A DNA stretch of 64,000 nucleotides, from positions 480,001 through 544,000 of the forward strand of contig CAVWPA010000001.1 in the NCBI GenBank assembly GCA_963756875.1, written 5' to 3'. The stretch's first letter is position 1. Each line of letters begins with the position of its first letter. The DNA comes from an uncultured Verrucomicrobiae bacterium (GTDB taxonomy: Bacteria > Verrucomicrobiota > Verrucomicrobiia > Chthoniobacterales > UBA10450). The translations under genes and the position numbers were made by a program. This document shows, piece by piece, positions 31,451 through 42,507 of this stretch. The notes below the pieces were generated by a model. It made no database searches, was not told the DNA's origin, and saw only the letters and a list, made by a program, of their open reading frames with translations.

Positions 31451-33685
31451 ATGAAACCTTTTGAAGTAGCAGGCCTGCCTCCGGATGAATTGAACAGCTT
31501 TCTCTCCGGCACGCATGCCGATCCGTTCCGTATCCTCGGACCGCACCGGGTGGCAGACGATCTTACCGTTCGCGTTTTCCGTCCCGACGCGAAGAAGATC
31601 GAGGTGGTGCGCGGCCAATCTTCTTCAAGCGGATCGGAGGCAGGAGCCGGGACGGCTGCGATCGAAGCGGAGAAGATTCATCGCGACGGTTTTTTCCAGG
31701 CGACCGTTCCAAATGCCACGCGCGATCTCGATTATCATTTGCGCATCACAAATTGGGACGACTCCGAGTATTCGATGCGCGATCCGTATCAGTACGGGCC
31801 GATCATGGGCGAAATCGATCTGCATCTTTTCGCCGAAGGCCAGCACTGGCAGATCTACGAAAAACTTGGGGCGCACCTCCGCACGATTGGCGATGCGACC
31901 GGTGTTTACTTTGCGGTCTGGGCACCGAACGCGCAGCGCGTGAGCGTGGTCGGCGATTTCAACGGCTGGGATGGCCGCGTCAATCCGATGCGAAAACTTC
32001 TCGGCGGCGGTGTGTGGGAGCTGTTTTTACCGGGTGTGGGCGAAGGCGCGCATTACAAATTCGAAATTCGCACGCCAGCCGGCGCGCTGTTGCTGAAAAG
32101 CGACCCGTTTGCGCTTTTCAATCAGCACGGAATATCGACCTCATCGCTCGTTTATAATCTGGAGCGGTACAAATGGAGCGACGCGGAATGGATGAATCAT
32201 CGGCGCGCGCGCGATTGGCCAAAGAGCCCGATTAGCATTTACGAAGTGCACCTTGGTTCATGGCGTCGCAAAGCCGACGAGGACAACCGGTTTCTCAGCT
32301 ACGTCGAACTCGCCGAGACGCTGCTGCCGTACGTGCTCGAAATGGGATACACGCACATCGAGCTGATGCCGATTGCCGAGCATCCGTTCGAAGGTTCCTG
32401 GGGTTATCAGGTCACAAATTACTACGCGCCGACCAGCCGCTACGGAACGCCCGACGAGCTGCGCCATTTCATCGACAAATGCCACCAGGCCGGCATCGGT
32501 GTCATTATCGACTGGGTCCCGGCGCATTTTCCGAAGGACGCGCATGCGCTTGCGGAGTTCGACGGGACCGATCTTTACGAGCACATGGATCCGCGCCAGG
32601 GCGAGCACCAGGATTGGGGCACGCTTATTTTCAACTTCGGTCGCAACGAGGTGCGCAATTTTCTGATCGGCAACGCGCTTTTCTGGCTGGAGAAATATCA
32701 TATCGACGGGCTGCGCGTGGATGCCGTGGCGTCGATGTTGTACCTCGATTATTCGCGCAAGGAAGGGCAATGGATCCCGAACGTCTTTGGCGGCCGCGAG
32801 AATCTCGACGCCATTTATTTTCTGAAACGCTTCAACGAGGTTTGTTACGAGCGTTTTCCCGGCATCATGACCATCGCCGAGGAATCAACCGACTGGCCCG
32901 GTGTGTCCCGTCCGACTTATCTGGGCGGTCTCGGTTTCGGATTCAAATGGAACATGGGCTGGATGCACGACTTTCTCGAATATATGTCGCAGGACCCGAT
33001 TTACCGGCGTTTCCATCATGGCAACATCACGTTTTCATTGCTGTACGCCTTTCAGGAAAATTTTATTCTGGTGTTGAGCCACGATGAAGTTGTTCACGGC
33101 AAACGATCGTTGCTTTCGAAGATGCCGGGTGACGAATGGCAGAAATTTGCGAATCTGCGGATGTTCTTTGCGTGGATGTACGGTCAGCCCGGTAAAAAGC
33201 TTTTGTTTATGGGCGGGGAGTTCGGGCAGTGGAAGGAATGGAACCACGACCAGAGTCTCGACTGGCATTTGACGGAGTTGCCGCGGCACGACGGTCTGCG
33301 CCGGCTGGTGCAACATTTAAATTACATTTACAAAAACGAACCGGCGCTCTGGCAGCAGGACGACACCCCCGAAGGGTTCGAGTGGATCGATTTCCACGAC
33401 GCGGACAACAGTGTGGTTTCATTTCTCAGGCGTTCGCGCGATGGGGAGATCGTTGTTTTTGTAATTAACGCCACACCCGTGGTGCGGCACGATTACCGGC
33501 TGGGCGTGCCTGAGCCTGGATTTTATCGCGAGGTCATCAACACCGATGCGGAAACGTACGGGGGAAGCAATGTTGGGAATTACGGCGGCATGAAAAGCGA
33601 TACGCAACATTGGATGGGTCGCGAGAATTCCATTCTCATCCAGTTACCGCCGCTGGCGACCGTGGCATTCAAGCTGGAGCGCTGA
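31451..33685 (+). CDS. glgB: 1,4-alpha-glucan branching enzyme
   Basis: [42 protein letters not shown]. Confidence 0.97.
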   Translation: MKPFEVAGLPPDELNSFLSGTHADPFRILGPHRVADDLTVRVFRPDAKKIEVVRGQSSSSGSEAGAGTAAIEAEKIHRDGFFQATVPNATRDLDYHLRITNWDDSEYSMRDPYQYGPIMGEIDLHLFAEGQHWQIYEKLGAHLRTIGDATGVYFAVWAPNAQRVSVVGDFNGWDGRVNPMRKLLGGGVWELFLPGVGEGAHYKFEIRTPAGALLLKSDPFALFNQHGISTSSLVYNLERYKWSDAEWMNHRRARDWPKSPISIYEVHLGSWRRKADEDNRFLSYVELAETLLPYVLEMGYTHIELMPIAEHPFEGSWGYQVTNYYAPTSRYGTPDELRHFIDKCHQAGIGVIIDWVPAHFPKDAHALAEFDGTDLYEHMDPRQGEHQDWGTLIFNFGRNEVRNFLIGNALFWLEKYHIDGLRVDAVASMLYLDYSRKEGQWIPNVFGGRENLDAIYFLKRFNEVCYERFPGIMTIAEESTDWPGVSRPTYLGGLGFGFKWNMGWMHDFLEYMSQDPIYRRFHHGNITFSLLYAFQENFILVLSHDEVVHGKRSLLSKMPGDEWQKFANLRMFFAWMYGQPGKKLLFMGGEFGQWKEWNHDQSLDWHLTELPRHDGLRRLVQHLNYIYKNEPALWQQDDTPEGFEWIDFHDADNSVVSFLRRSRDGEIVVFVINATPVVRHDYRLGVPEPGFYREVINTDAETYGGSNVGNYGGMKSDTQHWMGRENSILIQLPPLATVAFKLER

Positions 33686-33694
33686 TTTCCTTCC

Positions 33695-33832
33695 GGGGAG
33701 CGCACGCGCCTCGCGTGCACATTTCGGCGCCTCGCCGAAATGCCTCGATGGCTAGGCCGATTAGCTTTAGCAGGGGAAGATTGGCGATCGCGGGGGCGCG
33801 ATCGCCAGCACGCGAGGGCGCGTGCGCTCCCC
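33695..33832. repeat. REP-like palindrome family A, copy 2
   Basis: ggggagcgcacgcgcctcgcgtgc...gcacgcgagggcgcgtgcgctcccc with inner hairpins. Confidence 0.85.
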
Positions 33833-33907
33833 AGAGAATGATTACCCTGATCTCTGCTTGACCATTTACGCGTTTCTCGCAATTATTGCCTCCTTCATCC
33901 CGACCCC

Positions 33908-34606
33908 ATGACCAAGAAAAACTCCGCTGCCTTCACTCTTATTGAAATGCTCGTCGTCATCGCGATCATCGCGACCATTGCGGCATTCGCAGTTCCCGCC
34001 CTGACCAACGCGCTGACCAAAGGTCAGATGACGGGAACCATGAACAACGCTCGGCAATTGTATCTGGCCGGTTACCAAATGGCGTTGGATGGGTCGAGCA
34101 ACTCAGACGCGAACCTGGCGTGGCCCGGCGATTATGCGACCGGTACGCTCGCCAAGCTACAAGACTACTGTAACAAGCTTGTGCAAAACGACTATCTCAA
34201 GGCCAGCGATCTTCCGAAGATCTTGAGCGCCCCAGGTGCGAGTTGCACCGTTACAAGCACGACGGATAGCTCCGGTGTAACGACGGTCACTCTGGCCGGG
34301 ACAAAAGCCGCACTGAAAGTCTATCCCGTTAGGGATTCGGATCCTTCCAACACGATCTTTACCGTGAGTTCGAACTACACGTATGACACCGCATTTCCAG
34401 CGCCTGCCCCAAACCCTTACGGTGACAAGGGTTTCATAGTTATACATAAAGGCGGTGACGGCGCCGTTTTGCGGAAGAGCAACGCGGTGGCCACCAGTGG
34501 CGGTACCTCAGCGTTCGAGTCAACTGTGGGCAAAAAGCCCAGCGAAGCCGAGGGGACTGTGACGCCAGGCGACCCTACAAACCCGCCAACGTTAACGTAT
34601 CCTTAA
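33908..34606 (+). CDS. Prepilin-type N-terminal cleavage/methylation domain protein
   Basis: AFTLIEMLVVIAIIA. Confidence 0.88.
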   Translation: MTKKNSAAFTLIEMLVVIAIIATIAAFAVPALTNALTKGQMTGTMNNARQLYLAGYQMALDGSSNSDANLAWPGDYATGTLAKLQDYCNKLVQNDYLKASDLPKILSAPGASCTVTSTTDSSGVTTVTLAGTKAALKVYPVRDSDPSNTIFTVSSNYTYDTAFPAPAPNPYGDKGFIVIHKGGDGAVLRKSNAVATSGGTSAFESTVGKKPSEAEGTVTPGDPTNPPTLTYP

Positions 34607-35895
34607 GGCTCCACTTCCGATCCAAACTCGCCGTCGCTGACCCGCGTTCGAATTCTCATTTTCGGACGAACTGCGGAAACGGTTCGAATTAATTTGCCGG
34701 CTTCATCCGTGGTAATGCTGTAGCCGCGGCGAAGCGTTGCCTCGGGGCCGAGTACCCGCAGGATTCCCTCTGTCTCACGAAAACGGTGCCGCGCATTCTC
34801 CAGGATTCGCAGCGGCAACTCCACGAAACGCCGGCGAAGATCGACCAGCCGGTTGCGCCGAAGAACTAACTCCCCCGAAAGCTTTCGGGGCTGCAGCGCC
34901 GCCGCGATGTGAGCAAGCCCGCGCCTGTAACCGTCGATCTTGTGAGCGAGACAACGATGCAGCGTTTCACGCGCGTGATCGAGCCGCTGCTGCCCATCGC
35001 GCATCCGGCTTAGCAATTCGCGTCCCAGTCCGCGCACGCACGCGTCGATGTGCCGGCGAAGATCGACAATGTCGGGCACGATCAATTCCGCCGCCGCGCT
35101 CGGTGTCGGCGCCCGAAGATCGGCGACGAAATCGGCAATGGTGAAATCGATCTCGTGCCCGACAGCAGAGACAATGGGGACTTCGACATCGGCGATCGTG
35201 CGCGCCACGATCTCTTCGTTGAATTCCCAAAGGTCTTCAATGCTTCCTCCGCCGCGAGTGACCACGATGAGATCGAGAGGCGGCCACTTTTCGTTAGATG
35301 TTGCCAGTTCGCGAATGGCGACTGCAATTTCCTGCGCGGCTCCCGTTCCCTGGACGCGCACAGGATTAATCAGGATTTGCAGCCACGGGGCACGCCGGCG
35401 CAAAACATTCAACATATCGCGAACCGCCGCCCCGCTAGGCGAGGTGACGATCCCGATTCTTCTCGGAAATTTCGGCAGCGGACGTTTTCGATCGATTGCA
35501 AACAAGCCCTCGGCATCGAGTTTGCGTTTGAGTGCTTCGAATTTCGCCTGCAAAACGCCGAGACCGCGTGGCTGGAGGATTTGCACGCTCAGCTGGTATT
35601 GTCCCCGTGCTTCGAAAACCGAGACATTGCCATAAACCTGCACCTGAGTTCCATCCACCAGCGGCTGCCGGAAAAGCGGTATGGTGTTGCGAAAGATGAC
35701 GCAGTTGATCTGGGCGCGTTGGTCCTTGAGCGTGAAATATTGGTGGCCGCTCGGATGCAGTTTGTAGTTTGAAATTTCGCCCTGCACCCAGACCGCACCG
35801 AACTTGGTTTCGAGCGTGCCGCGAATTTGTCGAGTCAACTCCGCGACGGTGAACACCTTGGAGGTTTGGGGGAAGAGGTCGCCGGAGAGTTGCAT
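34603..35895 (-). CDS. xseA: Exodeoxyribonuclease VII large subunit
   Basis: GEISN..SGHQYFTLKD, RGGGSIEDLW, SAVGHEIDFT, PTPSAAAE. Confidence 0.96.
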   Translation of the reverse strand: MQLSGDLFPQTSKVFTVAELTRQIRGTLETKFGAVWVQGEISNYKLHPSGHQYFTLKDQRAQINCVIFRNTIPLFRQPLVDGTQVQVYGNVSVFEARGQYQLSVQILQPRGLGVLQAKFEALKRKLDAEGLFAIDRKRPLPKFPRRIGIVTSPSGAAVRDMLNVLRRRAPWLQILINPVRVQGTGAAQEIAVAIRELATSNEKWPPLDLIVVTRGGGSIEDLWEFNEEIVARTIADVEVPIVSAVGHEIDFTIADFVADLRAPTPSAAAELIVPDIVDLRRHIDACVRGLGRELLSRMRDGQQRLDHARETLHRCLAHKIDGYRRGLAHIAAALQPRKLSGELVLRRNRLVDLRRRFVELPLRILENARHRFRETEGILRVLGPEATLRRGYSITTDEAGKLIRTVSAVRPKMRIRTRVSDGEFGSEVEP

Positions 35896-36048
35896 GATTC
35901 TTCTTGCCCGCGAATAACGCCAATATACGCGAATTAAGAAACGTCAGAAGTTTGAACGGAAGACGACAAAGGGAACAAGAACCTTGATTGTGTTCGTTTT
36001 CTTCTGTGGATTTTAAATTCGCGTCTATTCGCGTGATTCGCGGGTTGA

Positions 36049-37068
36049 TTACAACAATTCAGCCTGCGCGCCGGCAGGTGGTTTGAGGCCGAGCTTTTTG
36101 TACACGTTCACGGTGGCGACGCGTCCTTGCGGCGTGCGTTTAATGTAGCCTTCCATGATCAAGTAAGGCTCGTTTACTTCTTCGAGCGTCCCTGCTTCTT
36201 CGCCGATGGCCACCGCGAGCGAATTCAGGCCGACCGGGCCGCCGTTGAATTTATGGATTAACGTTTCGATGATGCGTTTGTCCCACTGATCGAATCCGTC
36301 GCGATCGATCTCCAGCATGGCGAGGGCGCGATCGGCCAGCTCTGCGGTAATTTTGCCTTCCGCTTTCACCTGCACGTAATCGCGAACCCAGCGCAACAGA
36401 TTGTTCGCCGTCCGCGGCGTGCCACGGGTTCGCGTGGCGATCTCAACCGCGCCTGCCTGATCGATCTCGACACCGAGAAGGCGGGCGCTGCGCAGGATGA
36501 TCTTTTGCATTTCCTCCGCGTTGTAATAATCGAGGCGCGCGGTCATGCCGAAGCGCGAACGAAGCGGCGCGCTCACCATTCCGGCGCGCGTCGTTGCCCC
36601 GACCAAAGTGAATTTCGGCAATTGCAAACGAAGACTGCGTGCCTGCGGGCCCTGGTCGATGATAATATCGAGCCGGTAATCTTCCATGGCAGGATAGAGA
36701 TATTCCTCGATTGTCGGTTGCAGCCGATGGATCTCGTCGATGAAAAGAACGTCGCCCTTTTCGAGACTGGTGAGCAATCCGGCGAGTTCGCCGGCTTTTT
36801 CGATGACCGGGCCGCTGGTATTTTTGATGTTCACGCCCATCGCGTTGGCGATGATGTAAGCGAGAGTCGTTTTTCCCAGGCCGGGCGGGCCGCTTAACAA
36901 AATATGTTCGAGCACGTCGCCGCGCCGTTTGGCCGCTTCCACCATCAACTCGATCCGCTCGCGCACTTTCACCTGGCCGGTGAACTCGCTGAACGCCGGC
37001 GGCCGCAGCGAGATTTCGAATGCAGCATCTGGTTCGGGCGGTTTCATGGCGGTCGGCGCAGATTTCAT
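36049..37068 (-). CDS. ruvB: Holliday junction helicase RuvB
   Basis: [28 protein letters not shown]. Confidence 0.97.
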   Translation of the reverse strand: MKSAPTAMKPPEPDAAFEISLRPPAFSEFTGQVKVRERIELMVEAAKRRGDVLEHILLSGPPGLGKTTLAYIIANAMGVNIKNTSGPVIEKAGELAGLLTSLEKGDVLFIDEIHRLQPTIEEYLYPAMEDYRLDIIIDQGPQARSLRLQLPKFTLVGATTRAGMVSAPLRSRFGMTARLDYYNAEEMQKIILRSARLLGVEIDQAGAVEIATRTRGTPRTANNLLRWVRDYVQVKAEGKITAELADRALAMLEIDRDGFDQWDKRIIETLIHKFNGGPVGLNSLAVAIGEEAGTLEEVNEPYLIMEGYIKRTPQGRVATVNVYKKLGLKPPAGAQAELL

Positions 37069-37141
37069 AACATTAGCGAGAAGCTTGTGCACGGCATGAT
37101 TTTAACGCGCAAAATGCGTGGGAATACGCTGGAGAAAAATC

Positions 37142-37289
37142 CGGGGAGCGCACGCGCCCCCGCGTGCCCGTTTCGGCGCCCTCGCCGAAACGCGCCTTTG
37201 ATAGTGCTTACTCGACGAACTTGCGTGCCCCGAAAAGTCCGCGATCGCGAGGGCGCGATCGCCAGCACGCGAGGCGCGTGCGCTCCCCG
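37142..37289. repeat. REP-like palindrome family A, copy 3
   Basis: cggggagcgcacgcgc...gcgcgtgcgctccccg. Confidence 0.85.
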
Positions 37290-37310
37290 AAGCCTGTGTC
37301 CTCTCCTTCG

Positions 37311-37712
37311 TTATTCCAAGTTCTTCGTGAGCACGAGCTCCGTGCCGCGGGGTTTCAAGATATAATCCACTTTGTCGAATGCGTTTCGGATCAGATTCAA
37401 ACCAAGGCCGCCGGGCCTGAGCTCGGTGTGCGGGCGGCCCTTCATCGCGTGCATCGGCGTTTTCCTGCCGTAATCGCGCAATCGCACCCGGACCGATCCG
37501 CGCAGCCCTTCCATGGACAAGGTAATCACCGCGTCGTCACGCAGCTCGTAGGCGTAACGAATGATATTGGTGCAGGCTTCATCCACGCCGAGCACCATGA
37601 GGAGGCGCTCTTTTTCAGAAAAGGGATAGTCGTCGAGAAATTTTCTCACGTATTTGCGCATCAAAGCGAGATTCGCGGTGTGACTGCTGAACTCGAGCCT
37701 CCTTTTTTTCAT
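37311..37712 (-). CDS. RsbW-like anti-sigma factor / HATPase_c protein
   Basis: DEACTNIIRYAY, RDYG, GGLGL. Confidence 0.85.
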   Translation of the reverse strand: MKKRRLEFSSHTANLALMRKYVRKFLDDYPFSEKERLLMVLGVDEACTNIIRYAYELRDDAVITLSMEGLRGSVRVRLRDYGRKTPMHAMKGRPHTELRPGGLGLNLIRNAFDKVDYILKPRGTELVLTKNLE

Positions 37713-37917
37713 TCAGGAAAGGGAATGCTGAGCCCGGTCCGGTGCTCATTCAAGGGCGCGAGACGGAAAAGATTTCGGATCGAGCAGACATGTCCCCGCC
37801 TTGAAAAGCGATTTGGCGGCGGCGGAATTGCCGCATGCCGGTCAGAAAGCGGTATGTCATTGATCACCATTCGCAAAACCGATGGACAGTAGCCGAAACC
37901 GGTTGTTCAGTTTTAGC

Positions 37918-38922
37918 ATGGGAAAAATAGTAGAACGCATCTCACAAATAGAGAACGGGTGCGTTGCCGGAGATTTGGTGCTGCGGCAAGGCGCGAGGAG
38001 GGAGAATATCCCTTTGACCGAGGAGCAACGCGGCCGCAGCGGCAAAGATCGGCAACCCTTCGGGCCAGACTCTGGCCCCGACGCGTCGGGAGCGACGTTG
38101 CTCCTCAGTCACAGAGCGCTTCGGCTATGCTCCTTTGTCGCGCCTTGCCAGCAGCCCGCCAGAGTCTGGCGCACCCATTTCCTATTTGTGAGATGGGTTC
38201 TAGTAGCGCTGCTGCTTTTTGCAACGCCGGTGCTGGCACAGGACAATGCCACAGCCTATGAAGCTTTGCGCACGGTCGGAGCACACTTCAATCGCGATTC
38301 TCTGAATCACGTAATCTCTGTGACCGGCGTGGACGGTAGTCCTCGGCCGGCGAGATGGAAAATCCTGTTCGAAGACCCGCATGCGCGCGGCGGCGTGCAC
38401 GAGGTCGAAGTCGCAAACGATCGCATCGTTTCGGAACGCACTCCGGTGCGTCCGGTCGTTGGATCGGCGGAAGGTTCGACGATTAACACGTCGCGGTTGA
38501 ATCTCGATTCGAGCGGGGCCTATGCGGTAGCCAGTCACACCGCCGAAAAGTCCCACACAGCGTTTTCGACCGTTAGTTACACGCTACGAACAGACGAGCA
38601 CGGCGATCCTCTTTGGATCGTGACTCTGGAAAATCAATCGCGCCGGCCGGTCGGCACAATTTATATCGGAGCAAACAGCGGCAATGTTACTCGGACAGAG
38701 GGGATGTTTGCCGGCGCCAGCATGCAGGACGTGCAGGTAGCGCGCGATGAGCAGCAGGGCGACAACGACAATGACAACGGCAACGGAGATGACGAAGATC
38801 GCGGCATCTTCAGCGGGCCGAAAGCGCGCATCAAGGACGCGTTTCATCGCACCCAGGATGAGGCGCGCGGCATGTTTCAGCGCGTGCGCCGCTCCTTTTC
38901 CGATTTTATCAACCGGGGCTGA
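37918..38922 (+). CDS. Secreted hypothetical (PepSY-like) protein with an in-frame MITE in its signal peptide; alternative GTG start at 38188
   Basis: Removing the element gives MGKIVVALLLFATPVLAQD; the frame stays open through the element. Confidence 0.7.
   Translation: MGKIVERISQIENGCVAGDLVLRQGARRENIPLTEEQRGRSGKDRQPFGPDSGPDASGATLLLSHRALRLCSFVAPCQQPARVWRTHFLFVRWVLVALLLFATPVLAQDNATAYEALRTVGAHFNRDSLNHVISVTGVDGSPRPARWKILFEDPHARGGVHEVEVANDRIVSERTPVRPVVGSAEGSTINTSRLNLDSSGAYAVASHTAEKSHTAFSTVSYTLRTDEHGDPLWIVTLENQSRRPVGTIYIGANSGNVTRTEGMFAGASMQDVQVARDEQQGDNDNDNGNGDDEDRGIFSGPKARIKDAFHRTQDEARGMFQRVRRSFSDFINRG
37931..38202. mobile_element. MITE-like element, 33-bp TIRs, TA-flanked (copy 2)
   Basis: tagaacgcatctcacaaatagagaacgggtgcg versus the reverse complement of 38170-38202: 29/33 identical; shares core motif with copies 1 and 3. 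Confidence 0.85.
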
Positions 38923-38957
38923 AGCTCACGCCCGGATCAAGGAACCGGCCTGGTCTC

Positions 38958-39911
38958 ATGGAGGATAAGACAAGGGAGCAATTCTGGCCGGCGCTCTCAT
39001 TTGCCGATTGGGGAGAGACCTGCGCAACGCTGCACATGTGGACGCAGATCGTCGGCAAGATCCGGCTGGTGCAGACTCCATGGATAAATCATTCCTGGCA
39101 CGTCACGCTTTATCTCACATCACGTGGCCTAACGACTTCCCCGATACCACACGGCCTCCAGGTTTTCGAGATCCGTTTCGATTTTATTGATCACGAGTTG
39201 CGCATTCTGAAAAGCGACGGAAACACGCGAAAAATAAAACTGCAGCCGCAGTCCGTTGCGAAATTCCTTATGATGGTAATGGAAGCGCTGCGCGAATTGG
39301 AATTGCCGGTCGAGATCGAAATGTTGCCCAACGAGATCGAAAATCCGATTCCGTTTGACCGCGACGAAGAGCATCGCAGCTACGACGGCGCATACGCAAA
39401 TCGGTTCTGGCGTGTGTTGCTCCAGGCGGACCGCGTTTTTAAAGGATTTCGATCGCGTTTCTGTGGCAAATGCAGCCCGGTCCATTTTTTCTGGGGCAGT
39501 TTTGATCTTGCCGTGACGCGCTTCTCGGGGCGTGCCGCGCCACCGCATCCGGGCGGCATCCCGCATCTTCCGGATGCGGTCACGCGCGAAGCCTACTCAC
39601 AGGAGGTGAGCAGTCTCGGTTTCTGGCCGGGTAACGCCGCTGTGCCCACGCCGCTTTTTTATTCTTACGCGTATCCCGAACCGCCGGGGTTTGCGCAGGC
39701 AAAGATCGAGCCGCAGACGGCTGCGTATAACGCCAAAATGCGCGAGTTTACACTCTCGTATGACGAAGTCCGCAACGCTGCATCACCCGATGAGACTTTG
39801 CTCGCATTTGCGCAAAGCACGTACGACGCAGCATCCAAGCTTGCCAAGTGGGACCGCGCTGCGCTGGAAGAAGTGAAACCGTCCTTGCATTTTCCGCGGC
39901 ACCGCCCCTAG
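38958..39911 (+). CDS. DUF5996-family protein
   Basis: TLHMWTQIVGK, NHSWH, SPVHFFWGSFDLAVTRFSGR, YSYAYPEP. Confidence 0.85.
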   Translation: MEDKTREQFWPALSFADWGETCATLHMWTQIVGKIRLVQTPWINHSWHVTLYLTSRGLTTSPIPHGLQVFEIRFDFIDHELRILKSDGNTRKIKLQPQSVAKFLMMVMEALRELELPVEIEMLPNEIENPIPFDRDEEHRSYDGAYANRFWRVLLQADRVFKGFRSRFCGKCSPVHFFWGSFDLAVTRFSGRAAPPHPGGIPHLPDAVTREAYSQEVSSLGFWPGNAAVPTPLFYSYAYPEPPGFAQAKIEPQTAAYNAKMREFTLSYDEVRNAASPDETLLAFAQSTYDAASKLAKWDRAALEEVKPSLHFPRHRP

Positions 39912-39922
39912 TTTACACGACA

Positions 39923-40861
39923 ATGATCTCGAAAAACGCAACGCTTGGCGAGCGAGGTGCGTGGCGCGATGTGCAGGACGGATGGCGGCCTCTTTATGGG
40001 GACGTGGACGATCTTGGAGTCAGCGTGGAGTGGCACGATTTTCAGATCGAGCGTTCGCTGGACTGGGGGCTAAGTTTTCATCCGCGCAGCGTCGAGTTTT
40101 GTCTAAATCTCGACGGCCGCGGAGCCGTCGGCGCCCGGTCAAAACGCGATTATCTTCCGGGCACATCGGGCTTTTATTCTCTGGCTGACGCTCCTTTGAG
40201 CGCATCGCGTCGGGCGAACGATCATCATCAATTCGTGACCCTCGAGTTTTCTCGAAAACATTTGCAACAAGAGCTGGAGCAATGCGAAGGAGACCTCGAT
40301 CCTCAAGTCCGCGAGGCGGTGTTCCCGGAGAAGGACGAAACGATCGTCTCGATCCCGCAACCAATCACGGTGGAGCAGCGCAACGTGATTGGGACATTGT
40401 TACAGCCGCCCGTTCCGAAAGCAGCCCAGGCACTCTGGTACCGGAGTAAAGCGCTTGAACTGATGGCGCATTTTCTCTTCGCGCCCAAGGACCCTGAGTT
40501 TTTCTGCATGCGCCAGAAGCGAGTCGCCCGCGAAAGGGTGGAGAGAGTAAAGGAATTGCTCGCGCGCGACCTGGCCAATCCGCCCACACTTGAAATGCTA
40601 GGACAGGATGTCGGTTGCAGCCCGTTTTATCTAAGCCGGATTTTTTCGCGAGAAGTGGGCTTCACCATTCCACAATACCTGCGAAACCTGCGGATGGAAC
40701 GCGCGGCCGAGTTGCTGCGCACCGGTCGCTACAATGTGACCGAAGCGGCCACCGAAGTCGGTTATTCGAGTCTGAGCCATTTCAGCAAGGCATTTTGCGA
40801 AACGATTGGCTGTTGTCCGGTCCTTTATCCCGCAGCCAGGAATGTCATCCTGGATCGCTGA
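39923..40861 (+). CDS. AraC family transcriptional regulator
   Basis: C-terminal HTH: LSRIF..RMERAAELL..VGYSSLSHFSKAF. Confidence 0.9.
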   Translation: MISKNATLGERGAWRDVQDGWRPLYGDVDDLGVSVEWHDFQIERSLDWGLSFHPRSVEFCLNLDGRGAVGARSKRDYLPGTSGFYSLADAPLSASRRANDHHQFVTLEFSRKHLQQELEQCEGDLDPQVREAVFPEKDETIVSIPQPITVEQRNVIGTLLQPPVPKAAQALWYRSKALELMAHFLFAPKDPEFFCMRQKRVARERVERVKELLARDLANPPTLEMLGQDVGCSPFYLSRIFSREVGFTIPQYLRNLRMERAAELLRTGRYNVTEAATEVGYSSLSHFSKAFCETIGCCPVLYPAARNVILDR

Positions 40862-40950
40862 CGCGATCCGGTTACAACGTTAAAAGAGTTACATTGTTAC
40901 AACGTTTTCCTTTTTGACTTTGTAACCCTTGTAACCTTTTCACCCGCCCA

Positions 40951-42474
40951 ATGAAAATCACGCGCGCACTCATCTCTGTTTCCGATAAAAGCGGTGTCGC
41001 CGCGTTCGCGCGCGCGCTGGAGCGCCAGGGCGTGGACATCATTTCGACCGGTGGCACCGCCGAATTGCTGCGCAAGGAGAAGATCCCGGTGCGCGAGATT
41101 TCCAGTTTCACCGGATTTCCAGAAGTCCTGGAGGGCCGGGTCAAGACCTTGCATCCGCGCGTGCATGGCGGTCTGCTTTTCAAACGCGGCAACCCGAAGC
41201 ACGAAGCAGAAGCGAAGGAATGCGGGTTCGAACCGATCGATCTCGTGGTGGTGAACCTTTACCCTTTCGAGGCCACGGTCGCAAAACCGAACGTCACGCT
41301 GGCTGAAGCGATCGAGAACATCGACATCGGCGGGCCATCCATGATCCGCAGCGCGGCGAAAAATTATGAGTCGGTGACGGTGGTTGTAGATCCGGCGGAT
41401 TACGATGCCGTGCTGGAAAACATGCGGGACAACGATGGTGAGACCTCGCTGAAATTGCGCGAGCACCTTGCCATCAAAGCGTTCATCAAAACCTCGGATT
41501 ACGATCGCGCCATCGGCAATTTCCTGAACAAAGAGCAAATTACGGACACTTCATTTTCACTCTCGCTTCCGCTTGTAACGCGTCTGCGTTACGGAGAAAA
41601 CCCGCATCAAACCGCCGCGCTGTACGGCGATTTCGAAAAATATTTTGAAAAGCTTCACGGAAAAGAGCTCTCCTTTAACAACATTCTCGACATCAGCGCT
41701 GCGACCAACCTGATTGCGGAATTTAACGAGCCGACGGTGGCAATTTTGAAACACACCAATCCGTGTGGCGTCGGTTCCGATTCCAACCTGGTCGAGGCCT
41801 GGGGGAAAGCCTTTGCCACGGATAAACAGGCGCCGTTCGGCGGAATTATCATTTGCAACCGGTCGATCGACGAACCGTTGGCCAAGACGATCAGTGAGAT
41901 TTTTTCCGAAGTGATTATCGCGCCCAATTTCGAGGCGGAGGCGCGTGCCGTTTTGCAAAAGAAGAAAAACCTGCGGCTGATTCGCCTGGCTGCTCCGGCG
42001 GCGGATGCGAGATCGAAAACCGACATCCGCTCGGTTTGCGGGAGTGTGCTCGTGCAAGACTCAGATATGGCAAGCGAGCATCCGCGGAATGTTGTTACAA
42101 AACGGCAGCCGACCAAAAAAGAGCTGGCGGCGATGGTTTTCGGTTGGCGCGTGGTCAAGCACGTCAAGTCGAATGCGATTGTTTACGCCGCACCGGATCG
42201 CACAATGGGAATTGGCGCCGGTCAAATGTCGCGTATCGATGCTTCACGCATTGCCATTTGGAAGGCGGAGGAGGCCGGGCTTTCGCTCAAAGGAAGCGCA
42301 GTCGCGAGCGACGCCTTTTTTCCGTTTCCCGATGGTCTCATTGCCGCCGCGGATGCCGGCGCGACATGCGCCATTCAACCCGGCGGATCGGTTCGCGATG
42401 AGGAAGTGATTGCCGCCGCGAATGAGCGCAAGTTGGCGATGATTTTCACCGGCGTGCGCCATTTTCGGCACTAA
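40951..42474 (+). CDS. purH: Bifunctional AICAR transformylase/IMP cyclohydrolase
   Basis: [36 protein letters not shown]. Confidence 0.97.
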   Translation: MKITRALISVSDKSGVAAFARALERQGVDIISTGGTAELLRKEKIPVREISSFTGFPEVLEGRVKTLHPRVHGGLLFKRGNPKHEAEAKECGFEPIDLVVVNLYPFEATVAKPNVTLAEAIENIDIGGPSMIRSAAKNYESVTVVVDPADYDAVLENMRDNDGETSLKLREHLAIKAFIKTSDYDRAIGNFLNKEQITDTSFSLSLPLVTRLRYGENPHQTAALYGDFEKYFEKLHGKELSFNNILDISAATNLIAEFNEPTVAILKHTNPCGVGSDSNLVEAWGKAFATDKQAPFGGIIICNRSIDEPLAKTISEIFSEVIIAPNFEAEARAVLQKKKNLRLIRLAAPAADARSKTDIRSVCGSVLVQDSDMASEHPRNVVTKRQPTKKELAAMVFGWRVVKHVKSNAIVYAAPDRTMGIGAGQMSRIDASRIAIWKAEEAGLSLKGSAVASDAFFPFPDGLIAAADAGATCAIQPGGSVRDEEVIAAANERKLAMIFTGVRHFRH

Positions 42475-42507
42475 AAACAATAGTTGAGCCGGCGAGGCGG
42501 CCTTTCA

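Noticed and set aside
37713..38200. Known riboswitch upstream of the secreted protein
   Set aside because: The structure is explained by the MITE, and no riboswitch consensus was recognised by eye; an Rfam search was not possible.
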